From Chloroflexota bacterium (lineage in GTDB: Bacteria; Chloroflexota; UBA5177), in NCBI GenBank assembly GCA_036752825.1, contig DAIORV010000003.1, positions 3,674 to 67,673 of the forward strand: a stretch of 64,000 bases of DNA. The letters are read 5' to 3'. Positions 9,921 through 20,143 of this stretch are shown in pieces (position 1 is the first letter of the stretch; each line of letters opens with the position of its first letter). Under the pieces are notes generated by a model. It had not been told where the DNA came from, made no database searches, and saw only the letters and a list, made by a program, of their open reading frames with translations. Both the position numbers and the translations under genes were made by a program.

Positions 9921-11264
9921 TTAGCCGGCGACGACGACGCGGCCGTCCAGGTCTTCAGGTGCGTCGAGCTTCATGAGGCGACAGGCCGTTGGCAGGACGT
10001 CATGCACCGAGGCATGATCGACGTTGATTCGCTGCCCTCGTATGAACAGCGTTGCGTTGTCGTACTTGTGCATGCCCACCAGCTTACCCCGGCCGGTGAA
10101 CTGGTCCGATTCGAATGTGCCCTTGATGTCGTATCCGTCGAGCGGCATTACCAGAAGGTCCGGGGCGCGGTCTCTTTGCGGACCGTGATAGATATCGTCG
10201 GCGCGATATACCTCGGCTATCATGCGCTCCTCGCTCTCCGGATCGCGCAAGTCTTGAAGACGACCGGCGAGCTCATCCAGCAAGGCGGGCGCATCGGCGA
10301 GCGCCACCGAGCCGGCGATTTCTCTGCCCTCGAGGTTCAGGTACACCCGGCCCGGATCCAGACTGTAAGCGCGCGTGAGGGGTTCGAGCCCGCTCGGTCC
10401 CTTTTCCGAGCCTGGCTTGAAGTGGAGATACCCCTGCTCCTCCAGCCAGACGTTGAGATAAACCTCTTTTCTCAGCGTGGTGAAGCCGTGATCGGACAGG
10501 ATTATCAGTTGATCGTCCGCCGACAGCTTTGAGAGGATATTGCCGGCCAGAGCATCGATAAGCCGGTACGCGTCCAGAAACATCGGCCCATACTTCGGGT
10601 CTTTGTCCTCCATGTATTGCCACATGAAGTGGTGCAGGCGATCGGTCTCCATAAAGACCACGAAGAAGAGAGCCCATTCTTCTTTGTCCATGAGGTATGT
10701 AACGGCCTCGGCTCGCTTCTCCGCCGTGACCTTGAAGTCTTCGATGAAGTCCTCGAGGGACTGGCGAGCTACCCACGGATCGGTGTCGATCCGGTATCCA
10801 ATTGACTCGAGAGGAGCGAGAACGGACGTCGGATAGACGGCTTTTGACAGAACTGGAGCCAGAAAGTCGGAGATGACGACGCCGTTGATCCGTTGCGGAG
10901 GATAGCTGAGCGGCACGTTGATTGCGACGGCACGTCTCCCGGCGTCGCTGACCAGCTCCCACAGAGTTTTTGATCGAACGTGAGCCGATGTCATTACTTC
11001 GATGGAGTTCGTACCCGGTTTTCGGTCCACGAAGCCGTAGATGCCGTGTTTTGCGGGATTCTTCCCTGTATTGATCGACGTCCAAGCCACGGCTGACACG
11101 TCGGGCAGGGAGGAATTCATCTCCACTGCGGTTCCGCTCTCGAAGGCTCTTGCCAGATTCGGCATATCACCTGCATTCATCAGGCTCTGGAGCAGCGGAA
11201 GTGGCGAGCCGTCCAGTCCGAGAATGAAAAGGCGCTGCGGCCTGGACGAGCGAAATAAGCGCAT
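9921..11264 (-). CDS. Cytoplasmic alkaline phosphatase superfamily protein (type I phosphodiesterase-like, Ser nucleophile)
   Basis: ATG 11264 (or TTG 11267) after GAAGGA. Motifs LGLDG, SSLPDVSAVAWTSINTG, ETDRLHH, LSDHGF, GMHKYD. No signal peptide. Confidence 0.88.
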   Translation of the reverse strand: MRLFRSSRPQRLFILGLDGSPLPLLQSLMNAGDMPNLARAFESGTAVEMNSSLPDVSAVAWTSINTGKNPAKHGIYGFVDRKPGTNSIEVMTSAHVRSKTLWELVSDAGRRAVAINVPLSYPPQRINGVVISDFLAPVLSKAVYPTSVLAPLESIGYRIDTDPWVARQSLEDFIEDFKVTAEKRAEAVTYLMDKEEWALFFVVFMETDRLHHFMWQYMEDKDPKYGPMFLDAYRLIDALAGNILSKLSADDQLIILSDHGFTTLRKEVYLNVWLEEQGYLHFKPGSEKGPSGLEPLTRAYSLDPGRVYLNLEGREIAGSVALADAPALLDELAGRLQDLRDPESEERMIAEVYRADDIYHGPQRDRAPDLLVMPLDGYDIKGTFESDQFTGRGKLVGMHKYDNATLFIRGQRINVDHASVHDVLPTACRLMKLDAPEDLDGRVVVAG

Positions 11265-11357
11265 CAACCGTCCTTCAGGTTCCCTTCTCTCCGCGACCTC
11301 GGAACCCGATGGCACGCGCACCTGGACCCTGGCGATTTCCTCTGGCGGGACCCCTCG

Positions 11358-11387
11358 ATTATGGTGACTTGCCTCAGCCGGGCACAA
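11358..11387 (-). promoter_or_regulatory. Candidate sigma70-type promoter for the AlkP-AlkP-sat operon
   Basis: TTGTGC-18 nt-CATAAT on the minus strand, about 90 nt upstream of the ATG. Confidence 0.5.
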
Positions 11388-11428
11388 GCAGATGAAGTGG
11401 TTCAGGCGGTGATTTAGATCCGCAGACG

Positions 11429-11462
11429 GGAGCCGTTGGCATCTTGCGATGCCGGCGGCTCC
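11429..11462. other. Strong hairpin between divergent genes
   Basis: GGAGCCGTTGGCATC-TTGC-GATGCCGGCGGCTCC, 15 bp including two G-U pairs, followed by TTCACTT on the plus strand. Confidence 0.6.
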
Positions 11463-11566
11463 TTCACTTCAGGAAACGTTTCAGTCACAGCCTGACCCGG
11501 TTCCGCGTGAAACTGGAGAGATCGCTGCCTAATATGACGAGTCAGCGGATCGCGACGACTCGTTGA

Positions 11567-13117
<1,551 letters not shown>

Positions 13118-13272
13118 AGGAGGATCTAACAGCAGCAGAACAACGCCGCGTTGTGGCCGGCTCCACAGGCGTGCTACAAACTCGTGGGCAACGACCACAG
13201 GTTCCTTGAGACCTGCCTAAGGAATAAAATGCTGCCGGCAGCGCGGCGGCTTGAGAGGAAAGGAAAAAAATC

Positions 13273-14304
13273 ATGCCGACGCGCGTGGCGATAAACGGGT
13301 TCGGCCGTATAGGCAGACAGGCATTCAAGATAGCTCTGGGCAAGCCGGATCTCGAGGTCGTGGCGATCAACGACATCGGGGACGTCAAGAACATGGCCTA
13401 TTTGCTAAAGCACGACACCGTGTACCGCGCCGACGATTCTGAGGTGGCGGCTGATGGGAACGGCATCGTCGTGGATGGGAAACGCTACCCCGTCCTGGCG
13501 GTCAAAGATCCGACCCAGCTTCCCTGGAAGGATCTAGGGGTGGACGTGGTCATCGAGTCCACCGGGCTCTTCACCAATCGTGACCAGGCCGCCGCGCACC
13601 TGCAAGCGGGTGCGAAGTCCGTCGTGATTTCGGCGCCCGCCAAGGGTGCACCCTCATTCGTGCTTGGTGTGAACGACTCGGACTACGACGTCTCCACCGA
13701 CAGCATCATCTCCAATGCCTCTTGCACGACCAATTCCATCACGCCTGTCATGGCTGTTCTCGACGAAAAATTTGGCGTGGCAAAAGCGCTGATGACAACC
13801 GTGCACTCGTACACTGCTGACCAGCGGCTCGTCGACAGCCCTCACAAGGACTGGCGACGGGGGCGAGCCGCGGCACAGAACATCGTGCCCACCAGCACCG
13901 GGGCCGCGATCGCCGCAGCCGAAGCTCTTCCACAGCTGAAGGGAATCTTCGACGGAGTTTCCTTACGGGTCCCGACGGTTGATGTATCGCTGTCCGACCT
14001 GACGGTGCTCCTGAAGACGCGTACCACCGCGGATGAGATCAACCAAGCATTCAGAGACGCGGCCGGTACCGATCGCTTCAAGGGAATTCTCGAGGTCACG
14101 GAAGAGCCACTCGTCTCTGCGGACTTTGTAGGCAATCCCGCGTCATCGATTGTCGATTTGGAGCTCACGCAGGTGGTAGACGGCGATTTCGTGAAGGTCT
14201 TCGCCTGGTATGACAACGAGTGGGGTTACTCGAACCGGCTGGTCGAAGAGGTGATGATGGTGGGCAATAGTCTGAAGGCGGAGCCGGCTGGAGCAGTCGT
14301 CTAG
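13273..14304 (+). CDS. gap: Type I glyceraldehyde-3-phosphate dehydrogenase
   Basis: AINGFGRIGR, active site SNASCTTN, RVPTVDVS, WYDNEWGYS. Confidence 0.98.
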   Translation: MPTRVAINGFGRIGRQAFKIALGKPDLEVVAINDIGDVKNMAYLLKHDTVYRADDSEVAADGNGIVVDGKRYPVLAVKDPTQLPWKDLGVDVVIESTGLFTNRDQAAAHLQAGAKSVVISAPAKGAPSFVLGVNDSDYDVSTDSIISNASCTTNSITPVMAVLDEKFGVAKALMTTVHSYTADQRLVDSPHKDWRRGRAAAQNIVPTSTGAAIAAAEALPQLKGIFDGVSLRVPTVDVSLSDLTVLLKTRTTADEINQAFRDAAGTDRFKGILEVTEEPLVSADFVGNPASSIVDLELTQVVDGDFVKVFAWYDNEWGYSNRLVEEVMMVGNSLKAEPAGAVV

Positions 14305-14344
14305 CACGGACTAGCGACGGGAGAAGTAACACCTCTCGGGCCGT

Positions 14345-14353
14345 TGGTACACT
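14345..14353 (+). promoter_or_regulatory. Extended -10 promoter 5 nt before fmt ATG (leaderless)
   Basis: TG-G-TACACT followed by CCACC-ATG, with no Shine-Dalgarno. Confidence 0.6.
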
Positions 14354-14358
14354 CCACC

Positions 14359-15306
14359 ATGGTGCGAGCCGTGTTCATGGGAAGCGACTCGTTCTCCTTA
14401 CCCGTTCTGGAGAAGCTCGTCGACCAGGGGCAAAATCTCCGCACTGCGGTAGAAGTGGTGGCGGTGGTAACACAACCGGACAGGCCGGCAGGGCGCGGCA
14501 GAAAACAGCGGCAGAGTCCGGTGAAAATATTTGCGCAGGAACGCAAACTAGACGTGTTACAGCCACGCCGGATTCGAGAGGAAGCCGCCTTTCACGAGTT
14601 CAAAGCGTTCAGGCCGGAGCTAGTCGTGGTCGCTTCCTACGGACAGATTTTGCCGGACGCACTCCTTTCTGTGCCGCAGTGCGGCTGCCTAAATCTTCAC
14701 CCGTCGCTGCTGCCGAAGTATCGGGGCCCGTCACCGATTGTCGGGCCGATTCTGGACGGCGAGGTCGAAACCGGCACGACACTCATGCTGATGTCCTCGC
14801 ACATGGACGCGGGGCCCATAATTTCGCAGCGGTCCTCGCTCATTGAGGCAGAAGAGACCGCAGGCGAGCTGGAGGCCCGGCTCTCGCGATTGAGCGCGGA
14901 TCTCTTGCTCAAGATGCTTCCAGAGTGGATTGATGCGCGGATCAAGCCGAGGGAGCAGGACGATTCGGCGGCGACCTACACCAGCCGCATCAAAAAGGAA
15001 GACGGAAGGCTCAATTGGACGGAGTCGTCAGAGCATCTTTCTCGGCAGATTCGAGCATTTAACCCGTGGCCGGCCGCCTTTACATCTTGGAATGGAAAGC
15101 ATGTGAGAATTCTGCGAGCCCGGCCGTTTTCCGGAGACGGAGAACCTGGGAAAATAGTTGGTTTCCGCGACGGTGTTCTGCTGGCCGGTACTGGGAGCGG
15201 GCTGCTCGGGATTGTGGAGCTGCAGCTTCCCGGAGGCACAGCGATGCCCGCGGCGACCATGGTACGCGGAAGGCCAGAGCTGTCGGCCGCGCAACTGGGC
15301 GCGTAG
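14359..15306 (+). CDS. fmt: Methionyl-tRNA formyltransferase
   Basis: VFMGS, VVTQPDRPAGRG, VASYGQILP, NLHPSLLPKYRGPSP, MDAGPI, QIRAFNPWP. Confidence 0.96.
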   Translation: MVRAVFMGSDSFSLPVLEKLVDQGQNLRTAVEVVAVVTQPDRPAGRGRKQRQSPVKIFAQERKLDVLQPRRIREEAAFHEFKAFRPELVVVASYGQILPDALLSVPQCGCLNLHPSLLPKYRGPSPIVGPILDGEVETGTTLMLMSSHMDAGPIISQRSSLIEAEETAGELEARLSRLSADLLLKMLPEWIDARIKPREQDDSAATYTSRIKKEDGRLNWTESSEHLSRQIRAFNPWPAAFTSWNGKHVRILRARPFSGDGEPGKIVGFRDGVLLAGTGSGLLGIVELQLPGGTAMPAATMVRGRPELSAAQLGA

Positions 15307-15311
15307 CTGAG

Positions 15312-15605
15312 TTGGTCATCGGTGTCGCGCGAGTCGTGCTCCACATCCCCGGAGCCCGCTCTCTAAAGGAAAAGCGACACGTTATGAAGTCATTGATCGC
15401 CCAGGTGCAGCGCCAATATGGCGTCACTATCGCCGAGATCGATAGGCAAGATCAGTGGCAAGTTGGGGTACTTGGTGTCGCTCACGTTTCAAATGATGCG
15501 GCGCACGCGGACGAAGTGATTGCGAAGGCAGTTCGAGGACTTTCCAGCTTAAGAGGAGACGCCGAACTTCTGGACTTCGAGACGGAAGTCATCCACGCTC
15601 TGTGA
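15312..15605 (+). CDS. DUF503 (YlxP-like) protein
   Basis: TTG start. Motifs IPGARSLKEKRHVMKSLI, VTIAEIDRQDQWQ, LGVAHVSND. Confidence 0.88.
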   Translation: MVIGVARVVLHIPGARSLKEKRHVMKSLIAQVQRQYGVTIAEIDRQDQWQVGVLGVAHVSNDAAHADEVIAKAVRGLSSLRGDAELLDFETEVIHAL

Positions 15606-16198
15606 AAGCGCAACCGGCAGGGGAAGAGGGGCCATGCGACATTCGCTACTTCGCGCTCAGTGCTGCCGAAGTGGGACGGCTGCGAATACCCAGTGGGTTC
15701 GAAACGGACTCGGTGCACGAGCTGCACAGGTCGGAAGACGAAGACGATTTGCGCTGGCACTTGGTTTCAAGGAAAGTGGAGACGTTTCGCAAGAGCTACG
15801 ACGACGGAGATCCACGCGAATGGCTCGAGCCTTACTACGAGCAGATCGATGCGGGCCGCGTCAGATTTCTGGCGGCATCTCGCGGTCTCGAGCCGGAGGG
15901 TCTACTGACATATTGTCAAGTCGACTGGAACGACACACTCTGGCTGCTGGACATCAGAGTAAGTGAAAGCGAGCGCCGTTCGGGTCTGGGCTCGGGTCTG
16001 CTTCGGGAGCTGCAGACGATAGCCCGTCAGAAGAGAGTGCGCGGCATCTCTGTTGAGACCCAGATCAACAATGTGCCCGCGATTCATCTCTATCGAAGGT
16101 GCGGTTTTCGCGTGAGCGGCTTCAACGATCATCTCTATGAGAATGACGACGCGGAGCGGCAGGACGTGGCCGTGTTTCTCTTCTGGGAAACCAGCTAG
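15602..16198 (+). CDS. GNAT family N-acetyltransferase
   Basis: Acetyl-CoA motif DIRVSESERRSGLGSGLL, plus ETQINNVPAIHLYRRCGF. GTG overlaps the upstream TGA. Confidence 0.88.
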   Translation: MKAQPAGEEGPCDIRYFALSAAEVGRLRIPSGFETDSVHELHRSEDEDDLRWHLVSRKVETFRKSYDDGDPREWLEPYYEQIDAGRVRFLAASRGLEPEGLLTYCQVDWNDTLWLLDIRVSESERRSGLGSGLLRELQTIARQKRVRGISVETQINNVPAIHLYRRCGFRVSGFNDHLYENDDAERQDVAVFLFWETS

Positions 16199-16389
16199 CC
16201 ATTTCGAAGCGCGACTTTCATGCCGAGCTCGATGGCGTGAGCAAGTTCGACGGCGGCGAGGTGGAGGTGCGTAGGGTAGACGCTTCCACTAGTGGCGAGG
16301 GCCTCCTGCCCGGCCTCGATGGCCTTCAACCCGGCACGGCAATGGCGTGCGGCCTCCTCCAGATCCCGGACATCGCGTTTTTCATCCAC
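16195..16389 (-). CDS. Hypothetical 64-aa protein
   Basis: GTG start with AAGGAG RBS, fills the gap between genes, helical-looking sequence. Confidence 0.6.
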   Translation of the reverse strand: MDEKRDVRDLEEAARHCRAGLKAIEAGQEALATSGSVYPTHLHLAAVELAHAIELGMKVALRNG

Positions 16390-16498
16390 GTTCGACTCCT
16401 TTGGCGCAACCGGTCAAGTTTGCCGCCGGCCACGCACCATGCCGTTGATAGCATGAGTTGGGTAGGCCTTTCGCGTAGGCGGTTAAAGGGAGGACCAG

Positions 16499-18079
16499 AT
16501 GGTCACGCGACAACGAGACCAGAAGATTACATACACGACGATGAGCGTCGAGCAGGCCGAGAGCTTCAACCGGGATTATGACCGCGCTCTGGATCAGGTG
16601 CGGTCTCAGCTGGGCCGCCGATATCCCCTTTACATAAATAACCAAGCCGAGTCCTCGACGAATCCTGTCTTTGAAGACCGAAGCCCAAATGACACTCGTG
16701 TGGTCCTCGGAAATTTCGAGGAGGGCGGGAAGCAGCATGCCGATGCTGCAATTGAAGCCGCTCGGGGCGCCTTTCCCGCGTGGTCGTCGTATCCCTGGCA
16801 GAAGAGGATCGAGATTCTACGACGCGGAGCCGAGATCTTCCGACAGCGTAAATATGAGATTGCTGCGTGGCTTTCCTTGGAAGCGGGGAAGCCGCGCCTG
16901 GAATCGATGGGCGAGGTAGAGGAGGCTGCGGACCTCATTTTCGGGTACTGCGGGTACATGGAGGACGCCAACGGCTTCGTAGTCGAGATGGAACGCCTGT
17001 CGGCTCAGGAGGCGAATCACAGCGTTCTACGGCCATATGGCGTCTGGATCGTCATTGCTCCGTTCAATTTTCCTGTCGCACTCACGACGGGAATGATTGC
17101 GGGCGCCCTGGTGGCCGGGAACACGGTTGTCTTTAAGCCCTCGCACGAGACTCCCCTGGTCGGGACAAAAGTGTTCGAGTGCCTCCGGGATGGCGGTCTT
17201 CCGGCCGGCGCGCTGAACTTCGTTACGGGCCATGGAAACCAGATCGGTGAACAGCTCTCCAGCCATCCGAGCGTAGATGGCATCGTGTTCACGGGATCGG
17301 CTCAGGTGGGCACGCGACTGTTTAGAGAATTCAGCAAAGAGCGACCACGACCGTGCATTGCCGAAATGGGGGGCAAGAACCCGACTATCGTCACCGATTC
17401 GGCCGATCTTGACAAGGCCGTGGAGGGAACGGCAAGGGCCGCCTTCGGCTACAGCGGGCAGAAGTGCAGCGCGACCTCTCGCGTCTACGTGCACGACTCG
17501 GTTGCCGGGGAGTTTACGAGGCGATTGGTTGAACGCACTCAGCAGCTTGTGGTGGGACCGGCGGAGCGAGACGATGTCTTCATGGGTCCTGTCATCAACC
17601 GCACGGCGTACGAGCGTTTTCAGCAGGCGTGCGAGAGATCTCACAACGATGGGGAGATCCTCAGCGGAGGAAACGTGGTGACAGATGGGCCCCTGAAGCA
17701 CGGGTACTTTTGCGCTCCCACCATCGTGTCGCTGCCGAAAGACCATCAGTACTTCTACGAGGAGTTGTTTGTTCCGTTGGTGGCCGTGGCGAGAGTCTCG
17801 TCACTCGACGAGGCCCTGACGCTCGCCAATGATTCGAAATACGGATTGACGGCCGGAATATTCACGGAGGACGAACGAGAGCAGCAAGAATTCCTGAAGC
17901 GCATGGAGGCCGGAGTAATCTACGTCAATCGCCGCGGTGGCTCGACGACCGGGGCATGGCCACGAGTACAGTCCTTCGGCGGCTGGAAAATGAGCGGCTC
18001 TACGGGTAAGAACGCCCTCGGACCGTACTACGTCCAGCAGTTCATGCACGAGCAGTCGCAAACCGTCGTCACGGACTAG
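16499..18079 (+). CDS. pruA: Aldehyde dehydrogenase, P5C/glutamate-semialdehyde dehydrogenase-like
   Basis: APFNFP, FKPS, FTGS, AEMGGKN, FGYSGQKCSATSR, EELFVP, YGLTAG, FGGWKMSG. RBS GGAGG. Confidence 0.8.
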   Translation: MVTRQRDQKITYTTMSVEQAESFNRDYDRALDQVRSQLGRRYPLYINNQAESSTNPVFEDRSPNDTRVVLGNFEEGGKQHADAAIEAARGAFPAWSSYPWQKRIEILRRGAEIFRQRKYEIAAWLSLEAGKPRLESMGEVEEAADLIFGYCGYMEDANGFVVEMERLSAQEANHSVLRPYGVWIVIAPFNFPVALTTGMIAGALVAGNTVVFKPSHETPLVGTKVFECLRDGGLPAGALNFVTGHGNQIGEQLSSHPSVDGIVFTGSAQVGTRLFREFSKERPRPCIAEMGGKNPTIVTDSADLDKAVEGTARAAFGYSGQKCSATSRVYVHDSVAGEFTRRLVERTQQLVVGPAERDDVFMGPVINRTAYERFQQACERSHNDGEILSGGNVVTDGPLKHGYFCAPTIVSLPKDHQYFYEELFVPLVAVARVSSLDEALTLANDSKYGLTAGIFTEDEREQQEFLKRMEAGVIYVNRRGGSTTGAWPRVQSFGGWKMSGSTGKNALGPYYVQQFMHEQSQTVVTD

Positions 18080-18471
18080 ACGACCTCGATCGACTCCTCG
18101 GTGACGTCGTCGCCGTCCATGCGATAGGCGTGCATGATCGGCTGCTCCGGGTCGGCCAACGATAGGATCAAGTACAGCGTTTCGGGGTAGAACGCTAGCC
18201 GGCGGTCTTCTGGAGATGGATAAGCCCGAGTGTGCGTGTGTGAATGGTAGATGGCCGCCAGATCCCAGTCGTTGTCCTCGATCTCCAGCATTGCATGCAG
18301 CTGCTGCTTCGGATCCATCTTGTAGTGGACGGGGCTCGAGTCGGAGTTTTCGATAGGGTAGAACTTCACGACCTTGCCGTTCTCCGCAGCCAGTAGGCCG
18401 CATCCCTCGTTGGGGAATTGTTCACGCGCCTGCTCGATCATGGCTTCCACGAAATGGCGCGCGATCACCAC
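18076..18471 (-). CDS. mec: JAMM/Mov34 (MPN+) peptidase, CysO-Cys hydrolase-like
   Basis: EGCG, YHSHTHTRAYPSPED JAMM motif. Start overlaps the cysM stop. Confidence 0.88.
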   Translation of the reverse strand: MVIARHFVEAMIEQAREQFPNEGCGLLAAENGKVVKFYPIENSDSSPVHYKMDPKQQLHAMLEIEDNDWDLAAIYHSHTHTRAYPSPEDRRLAFYPETLYLILSLADPEQPIMHAYRMDGDDVTEESIEVV

Positions 18472-19436
18472 AAGAATGCGCCTTCCAGATCTTCAGAAAG
18501 CTCCGAAAGATCAGCCGTCCAGAGATTGCCGCTCAAGTACTTCCAACCGGCGTCGGGAAGGAGAGCGACGACCGTGCCCCCTTTCATACCCGCGGCATAT
18601 TTGAGGGCCGAGTGGACGATGGCCCCGGAAGAAACGCCCGCGAAGATACCTTCTTCGCAGGCCAAACGTCGCATCATCTCGATGGCGGGCTCGCTTGGCA
18701 CCAGAATCTTTGCGTCGAGAACCGTGGGATCGAAGATTGGTGGAACAAATCCTTCCTCAAGACTGCGAAGACCCTGTACCAAGTCGCCCGGCAGCGGTTC
18801 GGCTGCCACGATCTTGACCCCCGGTCGTTCCTCTTTCAAGCGTCGACCGACCCCCGTTAGAGTGCCCCCCGTGCCCAAGCCCGCCACGAAGACATCTACG
18901 TCCGGGACATCCCTGAGTATTTCCGGCCCTGTCGTCTCGTAATGTGCGCGTGGATTTGCGTCGTTTCCGTACTGGTTCAGGACCCAGTAACGGTGCTCTT
19001 TGTCGAGCTCTTTTGCCATCTCAATGGAGCCGTTGGTACCTCGCTCAGCCGGCGAATCGATAATCTCCGCACCCAGGATCTCCAAGAGTTTCCTTCGCTC
19101 CGGCGTGACGTTCGATGGCATGACGGTAACTACCCGGTATCCTTTGACCCGACTGACCATGGCGACCGCGATGCCGGTGTTGCCACTCGTCGGCTCCAGC
19201 AGAATGTAGTCAGGTGATTCCGCACGGTCCTCGAATTCCTCGATCAGATACTTGGCTACCCGGTCCTTTACGCTGCCGCTCGGGTTCATGCCTTCGAGCT
19301 TCGCGAGCAGCCGAACGTGCGGATATGGGTTGAGCCTGGACAGCTCGACGACGGGAGTATTGCCGATTGCCTCGACAATGCTCGACGCCACGCCGGAAGA
19401 AACGCGAGGCAAGCCCGCATTCGAGGTGGACGTCAC
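18465..19436 (-). CDS. cysM: PLP-dependent cysteine synthase, sulfur-carrier-dependent type
   Basis: IGNTP, KLEGMNPSGSVKDR, EPTSGNTG, GLGTGGT, EEGIFAGVSSG, PDAGWKYLS. Confidence 0.92.
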   Translation of the reverse strand: MTSTSNAGLPRVSSGVASSIVEAIGNTPVVELSRLNPYPHVRLLAKLEGMNPSGSVKDRVAKYLIEEFEDRAESPDYILLEPTSGNTGIAVAMVSRVKGYRVVTVMPSNVTPERRKLLEILGAEIIDSPAERGTNGSIEMAKELDKEHRYWVLNQYGNDANPRAHYETTGPEILRDVPDVDVFVAGLGTGGTLTGVGRRLKEERPGVKIVAAEPLPGDLVQGLRSLEEGFVPPIFDPTVLDAKILVPSEPAIEMMRRLACEEGIFAGVSSGAIVHSALKYAAGMKGGTVVALLPDAGWKYLSGNLWTADLSELSEDLEGAFLW

Positions 19437-19442
19437 TTCGTA

Positions 19443-19712
19443 CTAACCGCCGGCCATCGCGGGCAGGATGATGACGGTATCACCGTCCGCCACGACGGTA
19501 TCGAGTTTTTGAAGATATTGGATGTCTTGGTCGTTGACGTACACATTCACGTATCGATGCAGCTGGTCCTCATCGAAGAGCTGGCTGCCTAGCTCCGGGT
19601 AATGTTTGGCTGCATCGCGCAGAATCTCACCGACGGTGGCTCCCGAGGCCACAATGCTCTTGGCTCCTCCGGTGTGTCCTCTCAGGACGGGCGGAATGCG
19701 GACAGTACTCAT
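19443..19712 (-). CDS. cysO: MoaD/ThiS-family sulfur carrier (CysO-like)
   Basis: MSTVRIPPVLR, VNVYVNDQDI, C-terminal PAMAGG. RBS GAGGAG. Confidence 0.9.
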   Translation of the reverse strand: MSTVRIPPVLRGHTGGAKSIVASGATVGEILRDAAKHYPELGSQLFDEDQLHRYVNVYVNDQDIQYLQKLDTVVADGDTVIILPAMAGG

Positions 19713-19889
19713 GCTTCTCCTCGTCCAAGCCAGCCACGCCGGCACGCCAGGACACAGACGCGGTTTCTAAGAAAGGGGCGGTACGGCACTTGGCAGACTG
19801 AATCGGGCCGGCAAGCTCGATCTCGTCGTTTCCGCCGCCTCGTTGTGAGCGATTGTACAAGGTGGCTTCCGGCACTCGGCGCCCTCTCG

Positions 19890-20120
19890 TCAGCGATGGT
19901 GGGAGGGATTCGTCGTCGAAGCAAACTGCTTCGAGATCCCTGCGAGCACTGTTCGGGGACCGACGATGTCCCACGCAAAGGGCTGATGCTCTCGAATCGA
20001 TTTGAAGTAACGTGCGACCACAGTAAGGTCTGCGGAGCCGAGCGCAAGATCCTTGACTCTACGGTCGTTGGTGTAGAGACAGCCATGGTCCTCGTACCAG
20101 CCTCGCAGCTCGTAGTCCAA
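19890..20120 (-). CDS. Hypothetical 76-aa protein, putatively LexA-regulated
   Basis: TTG start 6 nt after GGAGG, with its own extended -10 promoter and SOS box upstream. Confidence 0.75.
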   Translation of the reverse strand: MDYELRGWYEDHGCLYTNDRRVKDLALGSADLTVVARYFKSIREHQPFAWDIVGPRTVLAGISKQFASTTNPSHHR

Positions 20121-20143
20121 GCTCGACCTCCGGCACCGCTGAC

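Noticed and set aside
19713-19851. SAM-IV or Moco riboswitch match in the cysO leader
   Set aside because: Only short fragments resemble them (GCTTGCCGGCC, GGAAAC). The core conserved elements were not found.
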